Of a DNA stretch of 64,000 bases, positions 36,169-49,099 are shown piece by piece; the first letter of the stretch is position 1, and each line of letters starts with the position of its first letter. The position numbers were made by a program, and so were the translations under genes. The stretch is from Okamejei kenojei (Eukaryota): positions 28,706,001-28,770,000 of the forward strand of contig CM069144.1 in assembly GCA_035221665.1 (NCBI GenBank), read 5' to 3'. A model generated the notes under the pieces. The model saw only the letters and a list, made by a program, of their open reading frames with translations, did not search any database and was not told the origin of the DNA.

Positions 36169-36956
36169 TGTGACAGCACCCTCTACCTTGGATGATGCTC
36201 CAATCCCTTTAAATGGATGTCAGGCCAGGAGAGGCCAAACCTCAGCATCATTGGTAACAGTTGGGTCCAATTAGCTGATATTGGTTGGCCACTGTCAGTC
36301 TCCTCCCTATAAAACCCAAGCATTCTCTCCAGAGGAGAGAAGAAAGTAGAGTAAGGAAGAGAGACAAAGTGGAACGCTACCCTGCTAGCTGTGTTCCTCT
36401 GTCGCAGGTTTGAAAGTCACTGGGACAAACCCGAGACCACCACCGCCACTGTGAGTCAAGAATGTGTTGCTGGAAAGAAAACTTGGACAGCCAGCACATC
36501 TATTGAGGCTAATACTGTGGCCTGGGAAAGTCTGAGATGCCAGAACCATCTCCTGCCCACAGACAACAAGGGACCGCACACACAAACACAAAGGTAAAGT
36601 TTAGTTGCCAGCGTAATCCACACAGCGCCAGCACCACCTCTTGAAACCCAAAGCTGAGCCTCCTGGAAGAAACCTGTAACGTCAGCACCTCTTCTTGAGG
36701 TGTGGGTGAACTGCAGGATGAAGCCGGAGATTGCCATGCCTCCTCTTTTGAAGACCAGGACCAAGCTGCTGGGACAAGCTCAATATCGCCAGCGTCATCG
36801 CACGTGCGCTCCGATGGCGAGGGACAGCGCCCCCCCCCCCCCCCATGTGGTCCTGGCCATTCCTACTGCCGTAAATAGAATAAATCATGTTGAGTTCATC
36901 CTTCTGTGAGTGTCTGTATAGTAACTGCAGAACCTGGCTTTGTCCCCAACCCCACA
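36169..36956 (+). mobile_element. Probable solo LTR (Gypsy-like)
   Basis: TGTG...CACA termini with a 4-bp GGAC duplication (36165-36168 and 36957-36960). Internal CCAAT/ATTGG, TATAAAA (~36308) and AATAAA (36879-36884) followed by GT-rich sequence. Confidence 0.6.
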
Positions 36957-37277
36957 GGACCAAAAACAAACCATGTTGCAAGGCACAAGTATAAGACCTT
37001 GGTATGAACAAAAATCCTTTCATAGCTCTCACAGTTAAATACAAACAGGAATATCTGAATCACAACTGTAACTTCTTCTCCTTTGAAGGATTAAACCTTT
37101 CACCCAAATGTTGCTTTGTTGTTGAACTTTAAATTTAAGTCCTTGAATTATTGACACAACATCTGACAGAAATGCTTAATTGAAAGAGAAACAGTAACAA
37201 TTGATCGGGTCAGATGATGAGAACTATACTGGGTCTTCCTTTTTCAGAGCTGACAAGAATTTTATTTTGGAGACTCG

Positions 37278-38260
37278 GTTGTGCCGTGGTAGAGTTGCTG
37301 CTTTACAGCGCCGGAGACCTGGTTGTATGGAGTTTGTACTTTCTCCCTGTTACCTGCGTGGGATTTCTGCGAGATCTTCGGTTTCCTCCAACACTCCAAA
37401 GGCGTACAGGTTTGTAGGTTAATCGTCTTGCTAAATGTAAAAATTGTCCCTATGTGTGTAGGATAATGTTAATATGCAGATCACTGGTTGGCACGGAACT
37501 GGTGGGACGAAAGGGCTGCTTCGTGCTATATCTCTAAATTAAACAAGGAACTGCAAACGCCGGATTACAAAAAAAGACAGAGTTCTGGAAACTAAGAGAA
37601 ACAGATGACTTAGTGGGTCAGATAGCATCTCCGGAGAACATGCATGTTACGTTTTGGGTTGGGACACTTCTTCAGACAGATTTGGGGGGGGGGGGGGGGG
37701 AGAGAGGAGGAGCTAAAGCTGGAAGAGAGGCAGGGGTGGATCAAAGCCTGGAAAGTGATAAGTGGAAATGAGGGGGTGGGGGCTGCCTAACTTTAGGGAT
37801 AGTGTGGAAATGGGCCCTTTGGTCCATTGGGTCTGCACCCACCAACAATCACCTGTACACTAGTTCTATGTTATCCCAGTTTTGCATCCTACACACTAGG
37901 GGCAATTTACAGAAGCCAATTAACCTAAAAACCTAGGCATCTTTGGGATGTGGGAGGAGACTGGAGAAATCCCACAAACTGCACAGACAGCACCCATAGT
38001 CGGGATCAAACCTGGGTCTCTAGCCCCGTACGGCACCAACTCTACTGCTGTACCACTGATGAAAAGTTAAGACTGAGATAAGTTGCATGGGACAAGGGGA
38101 ACTGGGGAAAGGGGGGAATGACAAGAGTGTGGGAGAAATGGGTGCACATACAGGTTGGGCACAGAGAACGAGGGGGGGGGGGGGGATTGTGAGATAATTA
38201 CCTATAATATGTAGAATTCAATGTTGATACTGTTGAGTTGTAAACTATATCTTCCTTGCT
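37278..38260. mobile_element. Cluster: HE1-like SINE (+, ~37278-37540) and a Penelope-derived fragment split by an HE1-like SINE (-, ~37790-38058)
   Basis: Similarity to the other copies in this window. Confidence 0.75.
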
Positions 38261-39442
38261 GAAATTTCTCAGTCCTAATTTTATTAAAAAATTATCTCTG
38301 AGGAAAATACCCATAATCAGAATTATATCTGCATACTTAAAACAGGAGCAGAAAATATTGTAGAGCAGTTCTGGGAGAAAAACAAGCAATTCATCAAGTT
38401 CAACAGTACTTTGTCAAAGATGTTATCGATGTTATCCCGTGCTCGACAAATGGCCAAACTCAATTTTTTCACTGATTCAAGTCTATTTTTATTCAACTGA
38501 ACTTTCAATTTACTATCTATGATTTCCGAAAGAGGGTAGAATAAACATATTTGTTTTCCACTGAGCCTAAACAAACAGCATTCTTATTCGGTAACAGTTT
38601 TAACCATTCTGATCCACACCAGCACACAGACAGGAGAATCTATTTGAAACAAACAGGCTGCACTGCACAATGCTGCCCTTTAACTAAATTGCAGCAAACA
38701 GCTCAAAACAACAAGTGTTTTTTTTTGGCCAGAGGCAGAGCCCGACTCCCACTACTCAGCTCAATGTGTTACACAAATGCTGCGGTGCTGAAGGCAAGAT
38801 CTTGGCCACACAGCAGGCTGTTGGAAAGCTCCCACAATGAAATTGTTATGCTCTCCAACCTAAGACACAATAGGGGTAATTTAACTTTCTGTACAGAAAA
38901 TATGATTTTAAATCTGCACCATTTGCAAACAAAAAGCTGTAAGAAAATAACAAATCGCTTTTTAGCCACTGCTATTTGGTACATGTGGTGCGTTTCCTGA
39001 AAAGAGAGATGGCTTCTATTGACGTCCTCCTGCATTGCATATCAAGTGCAAACTGATCGTTGCTCCGGTTTCTTCTTTCATTCATCAAACCAGTGGTAGA
39101 GCCAACAAAAGGCATGTCACTAGTGGTATTGCCCTTTAAGTTTGTGTCCAGCTATTCAATCAACAAGAATGAGACAAGCTCCTCCACACCAGATAATCCT
39201 GCAACCCCACCCTCTCCAAGCACCAGCTTCCCCGACAGTGCTTGGCCCAGAATCTCCTGCAGCTCCACGGAGAATGCGGAAGACTTATATTTTGTAGCAG
39301 CACAGTGACACTCTCTCCCACTGTGGGTCTGGCAGGAGAGGGAATGAGTCCTTTGACATGTCGGTGCAACATTGGTTTGAATGTTCCCAGGTCCTATCCG
39401 AATGCAGGAACAACAATGGAGTGGTAGAGAGCTTAAGGCCCT
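38260..39442 (-). other. YEATS2: Probable YEATS2 3' UTR
   Basis: Repeat-free unique sequence after the stop codon. Minus-strand AATAAA at about 38280-38285, just before repeat sequence resumes. Confidence 0.5.
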
Positions 39443-39569
39443 TCATCGTTCTTGTTGCACAGTCTGTTCATTTGTTACAACACCCATGTACTTGTTAGTG
39501 AGAAAGTCGCAGACAGAGATGTTGCAGATGGCTTGGTGCACGTCGGTTAAACTCAGCTCTTTGGGTGTC
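39443..39569 (-). CDS. YEATS2: YEATS2 last coding exon with TGA stop
   Basis: attcag acceptor. TPKELSLTDVHQAICNISVCDFLTNKYMGVVTNEQTVQQER* resembles human IPKEITVSNIHQAICNIPFLDFLTNKHMG. Confidence 0.93.
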
Positions 39570-39619
39570 CTGAATAAAAATAGAAAATAGGAGAATCAAT
39601 TTTTCAAATCGTACAAATT

Positions 39620-40240
39620 GATAGCTACAGGTGAGGTGCCAGTAGACTGGAAGGTGGTCAATATTCTGTCTCTATTTAATGGAGGCTGCAAGGAAAAGGT
39701 TGGGAATAACAAACCAGTGAGCCTTACATCAGTGTAGGGGTGCCTTGCCTATATTATTGGAGGGGATTCTAAGAAATAGGATTTGCATGCGTTTGGAGAT
39801 GGAAAGCAACAATTATGGATAGTCAGTGTGGCTGTAGGCAAGGGACATTGTGTCTCTCAAATTTGATAGCATTTTCTTTTTAAAGGGGTGACCAAGAAGA
39901 CTAAGGACATGTTGTCTACCTGGATTCTAACAAAGTCTTTGACAAAGCACCACCTGCGTTATCCCTTTCGGAACTGCCTTCAAATGGAGATGCTCTGATG
40001 ATGATTTGCTTGGTGGAGAAGTGTCGAACCAGGGAACAGAGTCTTGGAATAAGGGGTGCCGACAGGATTGTGACGAGAAGGATTTTTTTTTTCTCTCTCA
40101 GAAGGATGTGAATGTTTGAATTCATTACCCCTAAGAAGTTGTGGATGCTTGAGTCTTCAAATACATTGAAGGCTGAGACAGGTTGGAACAGGTGTATTAA
40201 GAGTTATGGGAAATAGGCAGGAAAATGAAGATTGAGGCCA
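39620..40240 (+). mobile_element. Old CR1 fragments in the last YEATS2 intron
   Basis: GEVPVDWKVVNI..PVSLTS and VYLDSNKVFDK remnants. Confidence 0.65.
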
Positions 40241-41078
40241 GGTCAAGCAGTCCTCTGACTGATTTACACCGCATTCCTGGAAGGATGGTGAACATGATTT
40301 CAATAGAAACCTTCAAAAAGTAATTGGCTTTATCCTTGGCTCCTTACCACTTCTGCTTCTAGTTCTAAATCTCAATCTTGCCACTTGACCATGTTATCGT
40401 CCTCGCACATTGCATTTACACCTGATTGACACAGTACTCAATGGATTTGTCCCCTGAATCGGAACTGCAACATTATTATTTCATAATCTTCTTTTCGCAC
40501 ACTGGCCTTGAGACTTCCAAAGTTCCATCCATGCCCACCCCCTTCCTTGTCCACACGCCACTGACTTCAGCTGGTTCCCAAATAATCCATACCTCTCCAC
40601 CATCTCTCTCACAAGTGTTGTTAAATTGCTAGCTTAGGATCCATGTGAGGACTAAATATAAATTTCCTTTGGATAAATATTGTAAATTCCAAAGCCTACA
40701 ATTAACTTTAACAACAAATTTAATTCACGTCACAAACGCTATCATCCCCAGCCATTATTAAATGCTAAAGCAAATGATTTGTAACCGTGTTAACCTTCTA
40801 GTATCACAGTTCAATTTATGAACATAAAGATTTCAACCACAAACAAAATCATTGTTATTTGACAATATTGCAGTCTATCTGCTGCTTGAAAGAACCAAGT
40901 TATCCTTAGTTATCATCATACTCAAGTCTTCCCTGATCAACTTCCAATCTTCCTTAACCCAACCTCCTATTTATATCAACGCAAAACTTTATCCCCCATC
41001 AACTCCTGCTTATCTCCATCTTTGGCTATTATAGTTTTTAGATCTCTGATGCTTATTGGAAATAAGATAGAACTGTAC

Positions 41079-41152
41079 CTGTTATGAGGAGTGCTCTGGT
41101 ATGCCATTCCCAAGGACTCTCGAAGAATGTCACTTACAAACTGTTCAGTGGC
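41079..41152 (-). CDS. YEATS2: YEATS2 coding exon (74 nt)
   Basis: tttcag/gtacag. ATEQFVSDILRESLGMAYQSTPHN(R) resembles human ATEQLVNDILRQALAVGYQTASHNR. Confidence 0.93.
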
Positions 41153-41449
41153 CTGAAAACAGGGATGAGATGGATCAGTAGCAGTTAAGGGCAACAATTT
41201 ACTGAAGACTGCAGATTTTGCCATCCCTTTTATTCTGCACCCTATTCCCAACCACGGAGACTAAATTTCCAGGAAGCACGAACAGCACTCAAAGGCAGTA
41301 CGTCAGAAAATTGCAGCTTGATGGTATCTTTCCATTCGACATGGCTTGGATCCAAAGAGGGATACATCATTGTGAAGTGTGGAACTGGTTAACTGACTTT
41401 TAATGGAAGGAGTAGGGAGAGAAGAGTTGCATAAATTAACTAAAATGAG

Positions 41450-41730
41450 AGAATTCAGCATTCATACGCTGGGTTGTAAGCTACCCAAGTGAAATATGAG
41501 GGTGCTGTCCCTCCTATTTGTGTGTGGCAACATTCTGACAATGAAGGTGGCCCAGGACAGAAAGGTCAGATGGGAAGGGGAGTTAAAATAGTTAGCAACC
41601 AGGAGATCCAGTAGGCCTTGGCAGACCAAGCCTAAGTGTTCAGCAAAACAATTGCCAAGTCTACACTTGGTCTCACCAATGCACAAGAGCCCACATCGGG
41701 AACACCGGATGCAGTGGATGAGGTTAGAGC
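41450..41730 (-). mobile_element. Penelope GIY-YIG fragment
   Basis: CIGETKCRLGNCFAEHL..VANYFNSPSH. Confidence 0.8.
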
Positions 41731-41869
41731 ATTGAAATTTGTCATGCGTGCATTTGCATCAACTGATTTTCATCCAGCCCCATAATAATAATGAATCACC
41801 TCATTGTGCCTCTTGTTCTTTTTACATACTTGGTCAGCTCAGAATGATTTCTGGCACCATTGACTTTAC

Positions 41870-41944
41870 CTTAATGATCATATCTTCAATCACAGGGGCA
41901 AAGATGTGGCTCTCCAGTTCCAAGGGTTCAATGGTAACACCGAT
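41870..41944 (-). CDS. YEATS2: YEATS2 coding exon (75 nt), C-terminal histone-fold region
   Basis: tgttag/gtaaag. IGVTIEPLELESHIFAPVIEDMIIK resembles human IGITLQPVALHRNVYASVVEDMILK. Confidence 0.92.
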
Positions 41945-42169
41945 CTAACACAGGAATGAAAATCAGTCAGTGCAGGGAAATTAAGAAGGTGGCAGTCACT
42001 GCGAGATAGTATAACATGGTCACGTGGCAAGATTGAGATTTAGAACCAGAAGCAGAAGTGGCAAAGAGCCAAGGATAAAGACATTTCCATGCACATCAGT
42101 CCCCCTTTTGTTTTTGTGAACACCCTCAACCCGACTACACACTTTGTACACATCTGCACCAGGTAGGTA

Positions 42170-43100
42170 GCCATTACAGAGAAATTCACCAGCAGAACAA
42201 AGGACAGATATGCAGGGAAATGTACCAGAACAAATAGATACACACAGTGCCAGAAACTCAGCAGCAGAGTGACAGATGTGCAGAGACAGTCAGAAACCAA
42301 AACGGGGCCAGTCAATCAGATAAACTCAATAGCGCAAAGAGACGCAGTCGGTGTTAAATAATTCACCAGAACAAAGAAAAAATGCAGACAAATTCCCCAG
42401 CGGAAAGGGACAGTCAGCGCAGGAAAATTCATCAGCTGACGGAAAGACCGAGGTGAAGGTAATTAACTGCCACGGACGGGTATTGTCAGTGTAAGCAAAT
42501 TCACAAGGAAAGGGAGCCAGCATAGGGCAATTCACCAGCAGAAATAGAGGCAGTACTTGTGGGGGAAATTATCAGCAGGAAATAGATTGTGCACATAAAT
42601 TAAATGGCAGAAGGAGAGAGGGTCTCTGCAGAAATATTAATCAGCAGAAAATACAACAGGGAGGTTTGCAGGGAGGATAGTGTTTGTGAGGAAATTGATC
42701 ATCTAATGGGAGAGTCAGTGCAAGGAAATTCAGCAGCAGATACAGAGAGTGCAATGAAGGAAATTCACTTGAAGAAAGAGAAAAATCACTGCAGAGAAAA
42801 TTAGGAGAAAGTGGATCTCAGCAGAGAGGGACAGTGAGGGATTTTTTTTCAGCAGAGGGGGGAATAGAGTGAACAGGGAAATTAACCCGAACAAATGCGT
42901 ATAGTGCGGTGAATAAAGCGGCTGAATGAGGAACAGATATGTGGGGACATCAGTTACAAGAGGGTCACAGACAGTGTGGGGTAATTCAGCAGGAGAAAGG
43001 GGGGCTGCCATTGCAGAAGTATTCATCAGAAGGGGGAGAAGGGGTGCAGGAACTTTGCTGTCAAATTGATAAATAATCCGTGCAGGGATTCACAGCAGAC
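42170..43100. repeat. Degenerate purine-rich minisatellite, roughly 33-37-nt unit (GAAATTCACCAGCAGA..GTGCAGG)
   Basis: Many recurrences of (g)aaattcaccagcag variants within a YEATS2 intron. Confidence 0.7.
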
Positions 43101-43257
43101 TGAATGGCACTGAACAAACAGCTTCTGGTGACACACTGAAAGTGTCTATAAACACAGATTTAAACTGAGAATTTGTCAAACAATTAGGTGTGTCGGAGGA
43201 AGGAGATGTTGCTACTTGTCTTCAATATGGATTGGTTATTCAATATTATAAACTAAC

Positions 43258-43459
43258 TGCGTCGGATTTCTCTGGATCCTCCAGTTTCCTCCCACACTCC
43301 AAAGACTTACAGGTTTGTAGGCTAATTGGCTTCGGTAAAATTGTCAATTGTCCCTGGTTTGTAGGATAGTTAGTGTACAGGGTGACCGCTGGTTGGAGCG
43401 GAATTGACGGGCCGACAGAGCTGTTTCCGTGCTGTATCTCTAAACTAAACTAAAGTAAA
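43258..43459 (+). mobile_element. HE1-like SINE, 3' part
   Basis: tttcctcccacactccaaagac..ctgtatctctaaactaaactaaa. Confidence 0.8.
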
Positions 43460-45582
43460 CCTGCAGCAGTTCATAGTGTGTTTGAATGGTAGAACATGGG
43501 AGTTATAGGCAGCGAGACTGTTGCAAGGGAATATGTTTGAGCAGTCGACAGCTCGGTCTGGAAGCTCACTGTCAATGAGCTTTGTGCACATTCTGACACA
43601 TAACCAGCAGAGAGTGAGAGTGTGCTTTAGACTTAGTCAAACACTGTAAATAAATGCAGATCAGAATAGGGTGACCAACAGCACATGAAGTAAGAGACCA
43701 AAATAAGGTTTTTATAGAAATGTAACCCATCGGGATTAGGTAAAGGGATAGTTGTGAGGGTTCATAATCTTTTGTAAGCAAAGTCATGGGTCCCATATGC
43801 TATGTTGCCCAGCTTGATGTTAGTATGAGGGATATTAAGGACCAGTTGGAGACCACCCGATCAAGTAGTTAATTTAAAGAACTGGACCATACAGATTATA
43901 ATCTCAAGATCATTATTGTCACGTACAATTTATCTTTGTGGTGATTATTTGAAATAATGCAGCTAGTTGGGCTACGGCCCCACTGCTGCAGCAATACGTG
44001 TTCAATCCCGACCATTGGTGATATCCGAGTGGAGTTTTCACATTCTGACTGTGATCACATGATCTTCACGCTAGGTGTATTGGTTTTCTCCCATATCACA
44101 GGGGTTTGTGGGTTGGTAGGTTAATTGGCCATGATAAATGGTCCCCAAGTGCAGAGCTGAATGGTAGAATCCATTCATTAGAAGTTGGTGGCAATGTTGG
44201 GAAAATAAAGAGGATTAGTGTAGGATTAATGCCAATGGGTTCCCGATGCGTAGTATGGACAAATTGGGCCTAAGAGCCAGCTTCTGTGCTTAGTACCTCT
44301 ATATTTCTATAAGCAGTTCAAGGAGATGGGAACATCCTTAAAGAGTAATACAGGAAAAAAAGCTCAATTTCATGTGATATGTTGGCCTCAATTCTGGAAT
44401 AGGAGGGAATGCTATTGAGGTTCTATCTGAATTATGCTAAGACTAGCCCTCTGTTGAAAGAACAGATAGGATTTTGGTGGGAACTTGATTCTACTATATG
44501 GAAGAGGGTCTTCTTGCGTATGGCATGCACTGCCTAAAGTTGTAGAACAACTTGCTCTATTTGATCTTATTTGATTGTACACGCCAGGTTGATTGCATTC
44601 GTCGAAACAGGGCGGACCACATGAAGGTTGCAATCTCCCACCCCTGGAAGAGGGTAAGGGAGCTAGAAATGGAGGAGAAGGGTAAGAGTTAAAAAGAAGG
44701 GACTGCTCAAGAGAATAAGATACTGAAACAAAAGAGCCGGTTAATCATCAGAATTGAAGCGCAAATGCTAAAAGATATAAAGTAAAAGAAAGAAGAAATG
44801 GGGTCATAAAACTTTGAGCAAAAGAACAGTGACCCAAATGGATTGTTCTTTATGTCAGGTGTCAGGGGTTATGGGGACACGGCAAGAGAATGGGATTGAG
44901 AGGGAAACATAGATCAGTCGGGATTGAATGGCGGAGTAGGCTTGATGGACAGAATGGCCTAATTCCTATATCTTGTGAACTTTATATAAATGTATATGGT
45001 TTAAAGAAGAAACAATGAATTACTGCTGCAAACTCAGCATTGGAAATATGACCTGGTAGCCATTGCGGAAACACAGCTCAGTGCTGCGAGGACTGGGACC
45101 AAGCTACAAAACAAAAATGCACAGAGTGGCACTGATGACAGGAAATATATGAGAAAGACAGTAGACATTTTCCGAGTATAAATAGGAAGAGAAAAGATTT
45201 ATATGTAATGGTAGTTGTGGGTGGATATCTTGTAGCACTTGCAAAATAACAGAATGCATAAATGTAGAAAATGGACAGTCACATAACATACAATAGTTAA
45301 CCCAATATATGGTGGTTTAAAGGGAGGATATTAGCATTCATACTGGGAAGGCAAAGCAAACCAGGTCATGTCTGATGAGTACATTTCCCAAGTGACTACA
45401 GAAAAATATTCTTCAATAATATATCCCAGAAACAACAGGGGGGAAGTCCATAATAGATTTACTATTCAGTTATGAACTCAACAACTTAAGCTCACCAGAC
45501 CATGAATATTTATCCAATATTTAATGGGTTGATTGGTTTCAATGCAATATTTCAGAGGTAGAAATCTTAAACGGTTATTAAT

Positions 45583-45860
45583 TGTTTAGTTTAGAGATAC
45601 AGCATGGGAACAGGTCCTACGGCCCGCTGAGTCTTCGTCCGACCAATGATCATCCTGCACACTAGTGACAATTATAGAAGCCAATTTACCTCCTAACCTG
45701 CACATCTTTGGAATGTGGGAGGAAACCAGAGCACCTGGGGAAAACCCACCTGGTCACGGGGACAACATACCAACTCCACACAAACAGCACCCACAGTCAG
45801 GATCAAACCCAGGACTCTGGCGCTATAAGGCAACAACTCTACTGCTATGGTACTGTGCCA
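45583..45860 (-). mobile_element. HE1-like V-SINE
   Basis: Reverse complement covering head to tail. Confidence 0.82.
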
Positions 45861-46294
45861 ATTTACTAGATATCTAGACTTCAATCAGGCTGAGCTCCAA
45901 ACAATGGCACAGAGAATGTTCATGATAAAGTAGGTACATGGGTGAATGGATAGAACTGTACTGGTGCAGTGGAATGTATTAAATAGTAATTTATGCTCAT
46001 ACAGAAATGTTATATAACTAAGTGGCAGGAACTCCAGTTACCAAAAAAACATGACTGATCAAAGGTCAATGCAAAATTCATTGCCAAAAAGCAAAAAAAC
46101 ACTAATGAGAGGCAAGAACTATAAAAAGTGGCAAAACTAATGGGAAAGGCTGCAAAGATGGGCATGAAATGAACCAAGCAAGAGATATCAAAATCATACT
46201 TTTTAAAATTAAATTGCAAGAGGGTGATCAGAGCAATTCCACATCCCTTTCAAAATGTACAAGATCATCTGATGTTGCTGATATGACCAGCATT

Positions 46295-48215
46295 TAGAGT
46301 CATAGAGCGATACAGTGACGAAACAGGCCCTTCGGCCCAACTCACCCACACTGGCCAACAATCTCCCAGCTACACTAGTCCCACTTGACTGCGCTTGGTC
46401 CATAACCCTCCAAACCTGTCCTATCCATGTAACTGTCCAACTGTTGCAAATGATGGGATAGTCCCAGCCTTAACCACCTCTGGCAGCTTGTTCCACATAC
46501 CCAACACACTTTGTGTGAAAAGTTACCCCTCAGATTCCTATTAAATCCTTTCCCCTTCACTTTGAACCTATGTCCTCTCATCCTCGATTCCCCTACTCTT
46601 GGCTAAAGACTCAGTGCATCTAACCGATCTATTCCTGTCATGATTTTGTATACCTCTATAAGATTTTCCCTCATCCTCCTGCGCTCTATGGAATAAAGAC
46701 CCAGCCTACTCAACCTCTCCTGAAAGCTCACACCCTCTAGTCCTGGCAACATCCTCATAAATCTTTTCTGAACCCTTTCAAGCTTGACAATATATTTCTT
46801 ATAACATGGTACCCAGAACTGAACACAATATTTTAAATGCTGTCTCAACGCCTTATACAACTGCAACATGACCTCACAACTTCTATACTCAATACTCTGA
46901 CTGATTATTGCCAAAGTGCCAAAAGCCTTTTTGACCACCTTATCTACCTGCAACTCGACCTTCAAGGAACCACGCACCTGTTCTCCTAGATCCCTCTGCT
47001 CTACAACACTACCTAGAGGCCTACCATTTACTGTGTAGGTCCTGCCCTTATTCAACGTCCCAAAATGCAACACCTCACACTTTTCTGTATTAAATTCCAT
47101 CAACCATTCTTCTGCCCATCTGGCCAATCGATCCAGATCCTGCTGCAATCTTTCACAACCATCTTCACTATCTGCAAAACCACTAACTTTTGTATAATCA
47201 GCAAACTTGCTAATCTTGCCCTGCATGTTCTCATCTAAATCATTGATGTAAATGACAAACAGTAACAGGCCCAGCACCGAACCCTGAGGCACACCACTAG
47301 TCACAGGCCTCCAGTCTCAGAAGCAACCTTCCACCATCACCCTCTGCTTCCTTCCATGGAGCCAATTAGTTATGCATTCAGCTATCTCTCCTTGCATCCC
47401 ATGCGATCTAACTTTCCAGAGCAGCCTAACATGCGGAACCTTATCAAACGCATTACTGAAGTCCATGTACACAACATCTACACCTCTGCCTTCATCAAAC
47501 TTTTTGGTCACATCTTCAAAAAAAATGGATCAATCAGATTTGCGAGATATGACCTCCCACGTACAAAACCATGCTGATTATCCCTAATCAGCCCTTGCCC
47601 ATCCAAATGCCTGTATAACCTATCCCTCAGAATACTCTCCAGTAACTTACCAACTACAGATGTTAAGCTCACCGGCCTACATTTCCCAACATTTTCCCTG
47701 CAGCCCTTCTTGAAAAGAGGCACAACATTTGCCACCTTCCAGTCTTCCGGCACCTCTCCTCATGTTATTAAGGACGACTCTTAAATTTCAACCAGTGCTC
47801 TGGCAATTTCCTCGGATATATCTGATCAGGCCCTGCAGATTTGTCTACCTTCAAACACGACAGTACCTTCAATACTTCTTTGACAGTAACCCTGACTGCT
47901 GTCAAGACACTTCCAGTGACTACTCCAATTTCCTCCGTCCTACTGTCTTTCTCCTCGGCAAATGCAGAGGAGAAATACTCATTTGGGACCTTGCCCATCT
48001 CCTGTGGCTCCATTTATTTCTTGTTCCTCAACTCCACCCATATAGCCTCACTAGACAAACCGCCCGTAATGCCACCTCTGAACACAGCCGGGACATTTTC
48101 CTTAACCAAAAATGCAACCCCCACCCCTTTTTCCCTCACCCCTATCTCCCTTTAATGCCCGTCTCAAATAACCCCTTGATCTGTGGCTTTCTCAGTTCTA
48201 CCAGGGACAGTTAAA
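46295..48215 (-). mobile_element. 5'-truncated CR1 LINE, a different subfamily from 7830-10340
   Basis: PEDWKVANVVPLFKKG, YMDFSNAFDKVPH, GVPQGSVLG, KFADY; stops and frameshifts. Confidence 0.92.
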
Positions 48216-48872
48216 AGTTAACAAACTTAATGGATCCGCAGACACACAGACCAAATCAGTAAAAACAGAAGGTTCCTTCCGTCCGGGACTTCGTGAACCA
48301 TACATAATTTTTCAAGAAACCAAGTGCCCACCCTTGCCAAATCTATCCTTAAAATTCCAGTTTTATTTAATTAACCAAATTTCATTCAAAAATCGCACGC
48401 ACACTTCCAGATCAACCACCCTGGTCAAAAGTCTAGCGGCATGACTTCTAATCAGCTGTACAATACGCAAATAAATGACTTCCATTGGCTGGATGTGAAG
48501 GAATAGGGGAAGCATTAAAAAAATTACAGCCAGATCTTATAGGAATAAGAGGAAATTTTTCAAGAGAAGACATTTTCTAACCCCCTGCACCATTGGCAAT
48601 GGATGCTAGATTCATATTTGAAAAAACATGCATATCAATGATATGAAGAAAATCTGGAAGCAAAGAATTAGAGCAAAGATCTGCCACGATAGCAGGAATA
48701 AGTCCTAAGACCTATTTTACCAGAGATAAGGAGAGGTAAGTCTGCATAGAGAAAATCAGCAGGAGAATGTGAGTCTGAGATGCAGCATCATGTATTCATG
48801 CAGGTGTTATGGAATTATGGAGCCAAACACACAGAGAAGCATTGGCTGCAAATTGGTTTTCTGATACACTAC

Positions 48873-49099
48873 CTGCTGAGCCGTGTCCCTGGCATACTCC
48901 AAGGCTGGCACTGTGCCCATGTAGAAGTTGACTTCTTCGTCAACCTCCTCCAGCTCTTTCTTGATTTTCACTTTGGAGGGTTCAATCGCACTGATGATGT
49001 CCACCTCTTCGTCACTCTCAGATTCAGTCTTTAGAATTTCTTCTACTTCCATGAGCCTTTGGCAGAGCTCACTAGCCCCAGTATATGTGGAAGGACATT
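48873..49099 (-). CDS. YEATS2: YEATS2 coding exon (227 nt)
   Basis: tttcag/gtagtg. Encodes (E)CPSTYTGASELCQRL..DEEVDIISAIEPSKVKIKKELEE..NFYMGTVPALEYARDTAQQ. Confidence 0.92.

Noticed and set aside
38551-39427. Several ORFs downstream of the YEATS2 stop
   Set aside because: No recognisable motifs; consistent with chance ORFs in a 3' UTR.
42170-43100. Repeat-spacer-like periodicity (CRISPR-like)
   Set aside because: Units are degenerate, the spacers resemble each other, there are no cas genes and the context is a vertebrate intron; this is a minisatellite.
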